This document shows positions 7,387 through 12,399 of a DNA stretch of 12,399 bases, piece after piece. Positions within the stretch are counted from its first letter, which is position 1. The number at the start of each line of letters is the position of its first letter. The notes beneath the pieces are model-generated. The model ran no database searches. It worked only from the letters and a program-made list of their open reading frames with translations, and was not told where the DNA came from. The position numbers were made by a program, and so were the translations under genes. This stretch comes from a virus (taxonomy: Duplodnaviria; Heunggongvirae; Uroviricota; Caudoviricetes): the IMG/VR virus record IMGVR_UViG_2534681737_000003, one strand, 5' to 3'.

Positions 7387-7734
7387 ATGGTAACGAAAAC
7401 CATCACTGAACAGCGTGCGGAAGTACGTATTTTTGCCGGTAATGATCCGGCTCATACCGCCACAGGCAGCAGCGGGATTTCCTCGGCAACACCGGCACTG
7501 ACGCCCCTGATGCTGGATGAAGCTACCGGGAAACTGGTGGTCTGGGACGGACAGAAAGCCGGTAGTGCGGTTGGCATACTGGTACTGCCGCTTGAAGGCA
7601 CAGAGACGGTACTGACGTATTACAAGTCGGGGACCTTTGCGACGGAGGCAATCCGCTGGCCTGACAGTGTGGATGAACACAAAAAGGCAAATGCCTTTGC
7701 CGGCAGTGCCCTGAGTCACGCGGCGCTGCCGTAA
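7387..7734 (+). CDS. D: Head decoration protein gpD homolog
   Basis: 115-aa track ORF; NDPAHTATG....A.TPLMLD....KLV.WDG...G.AVGIL and YKSGTF.....WP......KK.AFAG.A.S match lambda gpD (110 aa). GGAGG SD upstream. Confidence 0.9.
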   Translation: MVTKTITEQRAEVRIFAGNDPAHTATGSSGISSATPALTPLMLDEATGKLVVWDGQKAGSAVGILVLPLEGTETVLTYYKSGTFATEAIRWPDSVDEHKKANAFAGSALSHAALP

Positions 7735-7791
7735 CACGTTATCAGGCCACCGCGGTGGCCTGACTGATTTCTGAATGAAAGGAACTGATTT

Positions 7792-8820
7792 ATGGGATTG
7801 TTTACGACCCGCCAGTTACTCGGTTATACCGAACAAAAAGTGAAATTTCGTGCGCTGTTTCTGGAGCTGTTTTTCCGCCGTACGGTGAATTTCCATACCG
7901 AAGAGGTGATGCTGGACAAAATTACCGGAAAAACGCCGGTGGCGGCCTATGTTTCCCCGGTTGTTGAAGGAAAAGTGCTGCGTCATCGTGGTGGTGAAAC
8001 CCGCGTGTTACGTCCGGGCTACGTCAAGCCGAAACACGAATTTAATTACCAGCAGGCGGTTGAGCGTCTTCCCGGTGAAGATCCGGCTCAGCTGAACGAC
8101 CCGGCCTACCGTCGTCTGCGTATCATCACTGATAACCTCAAACAGGAAGAGCACGCCATTGTCCAGGTGGAAGAAATGCAGGCGGTGAATGCCGTGCTGT
8201 ATGGCAAATACACGATGGAAGGAGACCAGTTCGAGAAAATTGAGGTCGATTTTGGCAGGTCGACGAAGAATAACATCACTCAGGGTAGTGGTAAGGAGTG
8301 GTCAAAACAGGATCGTGACACGTTCGATCCTACACATGATCTTGACCTCTACTGCGACCAGGCCAGCGGTCTTGTGAATATTGCCATTATGGACGGTACC
8401 GTCTGGCGTCTGCTGAATGGCTTTAAATTGTTCCGCGAAAAACTGGATACCCGTCGCGGCTCTAATTCGCAACTCGAAACAGCGGTGAAAGACCTGGGCG
8501 CGGTGGTGTCCTTCAAAGGGTATTACGGCGATCTGGCCATTGTGGTGGCAAAAACGTCTTATGTGGCAGAGGACGGTACCGAAAAACGTTATCTGCCTGA
8601 GGGCTCGCTGGTCCTGGGGAATACGGCAGCAGAGGGCATTCGTTGCTATGGTGCCATTCAGGATGCGCAGGCGTTGTCCGAAGGTGTGGTGGCCTCTTCC
8701 CGTTATCCGAAACACTGGCTGACGGTAGGGGATCCCGCCCGTGAATTTACCATGACGCAGTCCGCGCCGCTGATGGTGTTGCCGGACCCGGATGAGTTTG
8801 TGGTGGTACAGGTGAAATAA
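7792..8820 (+). CDS. E: Major capsid protein gpE homolog
   Basis: 342-aa track ORF versus 341 in lambda; collinear identity throughout (PGYVKPKHE, DPAYRRLRII, AIVQVEEMQAVNAVLYGKYTM, KLDTRRGSNS.LETAVKDLG, AIVVAK, GDPAREFTMTQSAPLMVLPDPDEFV). Confidence 0.95.
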   Translation: MGLFTTRQLLGYTEQKVKFRALFLELFFRRTVNFHTEEVMLDKITGKTPVAAYVSPVVEGKVLRHRGGETRVLRPGYVKPKHEFNYQQAVERLPGEDPAQLNDPAYRRLRIITDNLKQEEHAIVQVEEMQAVNAVLYGKYTMEGDQFEKIEVDFGRSTKNNITQGSGKEWSKQDRDTFDPTHDLDLYCDQASGLVNIAIMDGTVWRLLNGFKLFREKLDTRRGSNSQLETAVKDLGAVVSFKGYYGDLAIVVAKTSYVAEDGTEKRYLPEGSLVLGNTAAEGIRCYGAIQDAQALSEGVVASSRYPKHWLTVGDPAREFTMTQSAPLMVLPDPDEFVVVQVK

Positions 8821-8828
8821 TCCGTGAG

Positions 8829-8858
8829 CGGGGGCGAAATGCCCCCGTGTCTTTTTTC
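8829..8858 (+). terminator. GC-rich stem-loop plus T-run immediately after the major capsid gene (candidate partial terminator or mRNA-stabilising hairpin)
   Basis: CGGGGGC (8829-8835), loop GAAAT, GCCCCCG (8841-8847), then TGTCTTTTTTCAC with a T6 run at 8852-8857. Lies between the E stop (8820) and the FI start (8872). Function inferred; any termination is probably partial since downstream tail genes sit in the same operon. Confidence 0.4.
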
Positions 8859-8871
8859 ACAGGGGGATGAT

Positions 8872-9246
8872 ATGGCAACGAAAGAGCAAAATCTGAAACG
8901 GCTTGATGAACTGGCCCTGATTCTGGGGCGTGAGCCGGATATATCCGGGAGTGCCGCAGAGATAGCGCAGCGGGTGGCAGAATGGGAAGAGGAAATGCAG
9001 TCATCCGGCGATGATGTACAGGTTATGAATATGGATATCCGGGAGAGGGAAAACGCGGCTCATGATGTTCGTGAGGAAACATCCGGCGCGTTAACGCGCA
9101 TCAGAGTTCTGACCTGCCTCCATCTCTGTGGCGTTGATGGTGAAACGGGGGAATCCGTTGAGCTTGCGGATGTTGGTCGGGTGATTCTGATTATGTCCTC
9201 AGATGCAAAAACACACGTTGATGGTGGAATGGCTGTTTATGCGTGA
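8872..9246 (+). CDS. FI: DNA packaging / head-tail assembly protein gpFI homolog
   Basis: Track ORF 8824..9246; preferred start ATG 8872 (MATKEQNLKRL...) follows SD AGGGGGA, which avoids overlapping the hairpin. 124 aa, acidic, in the lambda FI position. Sequence similarity to lambda FI is weaker than for neighbours; assignment mainly by synteny and size. Confidence 0.75.
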   Translation: MATKEQNLKRLDELALILGREPDISGSAAEIAQRVAEWEEEMQSSGDDVQVMNMDIRERENAAHDVREETSGALTRIRVLTCLHLCGVDGETGESVELADVGRVILIMSSDAKTHVDGGMAVYA

Positions 9247-9592
9247 TTTTCAGAATGCCTTTGATGCCGCCCTTGCCGGGGTGGACAGTACGATTGTTGA
9301 AGTGATGGGCATCAGTGCGCAGTTCACCTCCGGTGCACAGCGTGGCGGCGAAGTTCAGGGGGTTTTTGACGATCCGGAGTCGCTGGGTTTTGCCAGTAGT
9401 GGGATCCGTATTGAAGGAAGCAGCCCGTCATTATTTGTGCGGACGGATACGGTTCGTGCCGTGCGGCGTGGTGACACGTTGACCATTAATGGTGAGACGT
9501 TCTGGGTGGATCGTGTTTCTCCGGATGACGGGGGCAGTTGTTATCTCTGGCTGAACCGTGGGCAACCACCCGCAGTTAACCGGCGACGATAA
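9239..9592 (+). CDS. FII: Head completion protein gpFII homolog
   Basis: Track ORF 9203..9592; preferred start ATG 9239 (MRDFQNAFDAALAG...) gives 117 aa as in lambda. Near-identical C-terminus to lambda FII (IRIEGSSPSLFVRTD.VR..RRGDTLTI....FWVDRVSPDDGGSC.LWL.RG.PPAVNRRR). Overlaps the FI stop. Confidence 0.9.
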   Translation: MRDFQNAFDAALAGVDSTIVEVMGISAQFTSGAQRGGEVQGVFDDPESLGFASSGIRIEGSSPSLFVRTDTVRAVRRGDTLTINGETFWVDRVSPDDGGSCYLWLNRGQPPAVNRRR

Positions 9593-9606
9593 ACGCAGGG
9601 TGAATT

Positions 9607-10182
9607 ATGGCGATAAAAGGGCTTGATCAGGCGATTGAAAATCTGAGCCGGGTTCGTAAAAACGCCATTCCGTCGGCTTCAGCAATGGCTATTAACCGCG
9701 TGGCTACAACGGCGATTAATCAGTCTTCATCACAGGTTGCCCGGGAGACCAGGGTGAGCCGGAAACTGGTAAAGGAACGGTCCAGACTGAAACGGGCCAC
9801 GGTCAGAAATCCGAATGCCAGAATTATCGTTAACCGCGGTGATCTCCCTGCTATTAAGCTGGGGATCAGGATGCTTGGTCATCGTCCGAACAGCATACTT
9901 AAAGCCGGTCAGCATCGTTATCAGCGGGCATTCATCCAGCGATTAAATAATGGGCGCTGGCATGTTATGCAACGTTTGCCAGAAGCCCGGTATGCGAAGG
10001 GCAATGACGATAAAGGAAGGAAAAAGCGTAATCGTCTTCCCATTCAGGTGGTTAAAATTCCGATGGCGGCCCCACTGAAGCAGGCTTTTGATGAGAACGT
10101 TAACCGTATCCGGCGAGAACGTCTGCCAAAAGAACTGGGCTATGCGTTGAAACAACAACTAAGGATTGTGATAAAGCGATGA
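9607..10182 (+). CDS. Z: Tail completion protein gpZ homolog
   Basis: 191 aa versus 192 in lambda; MAIKGL.QA.ENLSR....A.P.A.AMAINRVA..AI.QS.SQVARET.V.RKLVKER.RLKRATV.NP.ARI.VNRGDLP.IKLG and C-terminus IERIRRERLPKELGYAL..QLR.VIKR match lambda gpZ. Confidence 0.9.
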   Translation: MAIKGLDQAIENLSRVRKNAIPSASAMAINRVATTAINQSSSQVARETRVSRKLVKERSRLKRATVRNPNARIIVNRGDLPAIKLGIRMLGHRPNSILKAGQHRYQRAFIQRLNNGRWHVMQRLPEARYAKGNDDKGRKKRNRLPIQVVKIPMAAPLKQAFDENVNRIRRERLPKELGYALKQQLRIVIKR

Positions 10183-10574
10183 AACATACTGATATCCGTG
10201 CTGCAGTGCTGGATGCACTCGAGCAGCATGAACACGGGGCGACGCTGTTTGACGGTCGCCCCGCTGTTTTTGATGAGGCGGATTTTCCGGCAATTGCTGT
10301 TTATCTCACCGGCGCTGAATACACGGGCGAAGCGCTGGACAGCGATACCTGGCAGGCGGAGCTGCATATTGAAGTTTTCCTGCCTGCTCAGGTGCCGGAT
10401 TCAGAGCTGGATTCGTGGATGGAAAGCCGGATTTATCCGGCGATGAGTGCGATCCCGGCACTGTCAGGCCTGATTACCACGATGGTTACGCAGGGCTATG
10501 AGTATCGTCGTGATGACGATATGGCGTTATGGAGTTCTGCTGATTTGACTTATTCCATTACATACGAGATGTGA
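10179..10574 (+). CDS. U: Tail terminator protein gpU homolog
   Basis: 131 aa; near-identical to lambda gpU over most of its length ([79 protein letters not shown]). ATGA overlap with the Z stop. Confidence 0.92.
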   Translation: MKHTDIRAAVLDALEQHEHGATLFDGRPAVFDEADFPAIAVYLTGAEYTGEALDSDTWQAELHIEVFLPAQVPDSELDSWMESRIYPAMSAIPALSGLITTMVTQGYEYRRDDDMALWSSADLTYSITYEM

Positions 10575-10581
10575 GGACGAT

Positions 10582-11334
10582 ATGCCAACACCAAATCCTC
10601 TGGCACCGGTAAAAGGTGCCGGTACCACCCTGTGGGTTTATAACGGTCAGGGTGATGCCTATGCAAACCCGTTGTCAGACGATAACTGGCAGCGACTGGC
10701 ACAGGTAAAGGATCTGACGCCGGGCGAGATGACGGCAGAACCCTACGATGATAACTACCTGGATGATGAAGACGCGGACTGGACTGCGACCGGGCAGGGG
10801 CAGAAGTCTGCAGGAGATACCAGTTTTACGCTGGCCTGGAAACCGGGAGAAGAAGGTCAGAAAGGGCTTATAGGCTGGTTTGAAAGCGGGGATGTGCGGG
10901 CCTATAAAATCCGTTTCCCGAACGGCACGGTGGATGTGTTCCGTGGCTGGGTCAGCAGTATCGGTAAGGCCGTAACGGCGAAGGAAGTGATCACCCGTAC
11001 GGTGAAAGTGACCAACGTGGGTAAACCTTCTGTGGCGGAAGAACGCAGCGAAATTACGCCGGTCACTGCGATTAAGGTGACGCCGACATCTGGTACGGTG
11101 GCAAAAGGGAAAACAACAACCCTGACGGTTTCTTTTGAGCCGGAAAGTGCAACCGACAAAACGTTCAGAGCGGTTTCCGCCGATCCGTCAACGGGAACCA
11201 TTGCTGTGAAAGATATGGCGATCACTGTGACGGGGGTTAAGGCTGGAAAAGTGAGTATCCCCGTGATTTCCGGTAATGGTCAGTTTGCCACGGTAGCTGA
11301 AGTCACCGTTACTGAAGCGGGCGCTGCAGGGTAA
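10582..11334 (+). CDS. V: Major tail tube protein gpV homolog with C-terminal Ig-like (Big_2-type) domain
   Basis: 250 aa versus 246 in lambda; N-terminal 150 aa near-identical to lambda gpV ([114 protein letters not shown]). More variable C-terminal Ig-like domain. Confidence 0.95.
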   Translation: MPTPNPLAPVKGAGTTLWVYNGQGDAYANPLSDDNWQRLAQVKDLTPGEMTAEPYDDNYLDDEDADWTATGQGQKSAGDTSFTLAWKPGEEGQKGLIGWFESGDVRAYKIRFPNGTVDVFRGWVSSIGKAVTAKEVITRTVKVTNVGKPSVAEERSEITPVTAIKVTPTSGTVAKGKTTTLTVSFEPESATDKTFRAVSADPSTGTIAVKDMAITVTGVKAGKVSIPVISGNGQFATVAEVTVTEAGAAG

Positions 11335-11347
11335 ACGGAGGTAATAC

Positions 11348-11779
11348 ATGTTTCTGAAAACCGAACAATTTGAATATAACGGTGTGTCCGTCACGCTTTC
11401 CGAGCTGTCTGCGCTGCAGCGTATCGAGCATCTTGCCCTGCTGAAACGACGGGCAGAACAGGCTGAAGCCAGCGGTAACCTGCAGGTGAGCGTGGAAGAC
11501 CTTGTCAGAACCGGCGCGTTTCTGGTGGCGATGTCCCTGTGGCATAACCATCCACAGAAAACGGAGTCACCATCAATGAATGAGGCTGTGATGCAGATCG
11601 AACAGGAGGTGCTCACCACCTGGCCTGCTGATGCCATTGCCCGGGCGGAAGACGTGGTGTTGCGTCTGTCCGGGATGAGCGGGGCTGTTCATGTGGATAC
11701 GGATATCACCGAAGTGGCGAAAAATAACGCGCTTACTGATGATGATTTTTCTGCGGGAAAGTCTTCGACGGCGAGCTGA
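11348..11779 (+). CDS. G: Tail assembly chaperone gpG homolog (zero-frame product of the G/GT frameshift pair)
   Basis: 143 aa; [35 protein letters not shown].......[52 protein letters not shown] near-identical to lambda gpG. Ends ...SAGKSSTAS like lambda (..SAGKCSTVS). Confidence 0.92.
   Translation: MFLKTEQFEYNGVSVTLSELSALQRIEHLALLKRRAEQAEASGNLQVSVEDLVRTGAFLVAMSLWHNHPQKTESPSMNEAVMQIEQEVLTTWPADAIARAEDVVLRLSGMSGAVHVDTDITEVAKNNALTDDDFSAGKSSTAS
11755..11761 (+). other. Programmed -1 ribosomal frameshift slippery heptamer G GGA AAG (G to G-T)
   Basis: GGGAAAG at 11755-11761 in the zero frame of G (codons GGA 11756-11758, AAG 11759-11761), the same heptamer and position (about 6 codons before the G stop) as in lambda. 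The -1 frame downstream is open and lambda-T-like. Confidence 0.8.
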
Positions 11780-12399
11780 ATTTTGCCCTCAGACTGGCGC
11801 GAGAGATGGGGAGGCCTGACTGGCGCGCCATGCTTGCCGGGATGACATCCACCGAATATGCCGACTGGCGACATTTTTACCGCACGCATTATTTTCAGGA
11901 TACCCAACTGGATATGCATTTTTCCGGGCTGATGTACGCTGTACTCAGCCTGTTTTTTTGCGATCCGGATATCGGGGCAACCGGTGAACGGGGACCGAGA
12001 GGAGATACAGGTCCGGCAGGTCCGCAGGGGCCGAAAGGCGACAGGGGAGAGCGGGGAGATACCGGTCTGACGGGAAGCGCAGGTCCACAGGGTCCAAAGG
12101 GAGATACCGGTGCGGCAGGCCCGGCAGGCCCACAGGGACCGAAAGGAGAAACAGGTGCGGCTGGCCCGGTGGGGGCAACCGGACCTCAGGGACCGAAGGG
12201 CGACCCGGGGGAGACACAAATCCGTTTTCGTCTGGGGCCGGGAAACATTATTGAGACAAACAGCCATGGCTGGTTCCCGGATACAGATGGCGCACTCATC
12301 ACCGGACTGACCTTTCTTGACCCCAAAGATGCCACACGGGTTCAGGGTTTTTTTCAGCATTTGCAGGTCAGGTTTGGTGACGGGCCGTGGCAGGATGTC
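11761..12399 (+). CDS. -1 frame continuation of G: lambda gpT-like N-terminal segment (about 70 aa) fused in-frame to a collagen-like Gly-X-Y repeat and a further domain; 3'-truncated by the window edge
   Basis: Hand-translated from 11761: [70 protein letters not shown] is collinear with the lambda gpT region just after the frameshift, then diverges into the Gly-X-Y triplets and [63 protein letters not shown]. No stop to 12399. Absent from the track, most likely because it has no in-window stop. Confidence 0.65.
11974..12216 (+). repeat. Collagen-like triple-helix repeat, 27 uninterrupted Gly-X-Y triplets (coding-level repeat)
   Basis: Frame 1: [81 protein letters not shown]. The GPQGPKG(D/E) unit recurs four times with synonymous codon differences. 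Confidence 0.85.

Noticed and set aside
11689-12360. 223-aa minus-strand ORF and 11945..12217 (90 aa) opposite the T and collagen-like region
   Set aside because: The Gly-X-Y coding strand gives a stop-free complement. The + strand -1 frame continues a lambda-T-like sequence from a conserved slippery site, so the + strand reading is the supported one.

Overview
This window is the lysis-to-morphogenesis junction of a lambda-like (lambdoid) enterobacterial phage or prophage, read in lambda late-operon order on the + strand. It holds the 3' part of the spanin gene Rz with embedded Rz1, an AT-rich spacer of about 1 kb with small ORFs (no bor homolog), a complete cos site (cosN 12-mer GGGCGGCGACCT plus three AACCGGACATG repeats in the cosB position), and then a contiguous lambda-type packaging, head and proximal tail module: Nu1, A, W, B, C with nested Nu3, D, E, FI, FII, Z, U, V and G. 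All protein assignments rest on my recall of lambda protein sequences applied to the supplied six-frame translations; no database search was run. The most unusual feature is at the 3' end: the G slippery heptamer GGGAAAG is conserved, but the -1 frame matches lambda T for only about 70 codons and then continues without a stop into 27 uninterrupted Gly-X-Y collagen-like triplets and a non-collagen domain that runs off the window. This indicates either a mosaic or deletion joint fusing the tail-assembly chaperone frame to a collagen-like tail-fibre-type gene, or an undescribed G-T variant. Other points of interest are a threefold (plus partial fourth) repeat in the scaffold part of C/Nu3 and a small putative ribbon-helix-helix gene with paired inverted repeats upstream. 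Minus-strand ORFs in the track across the head genes are antisense artefacts.
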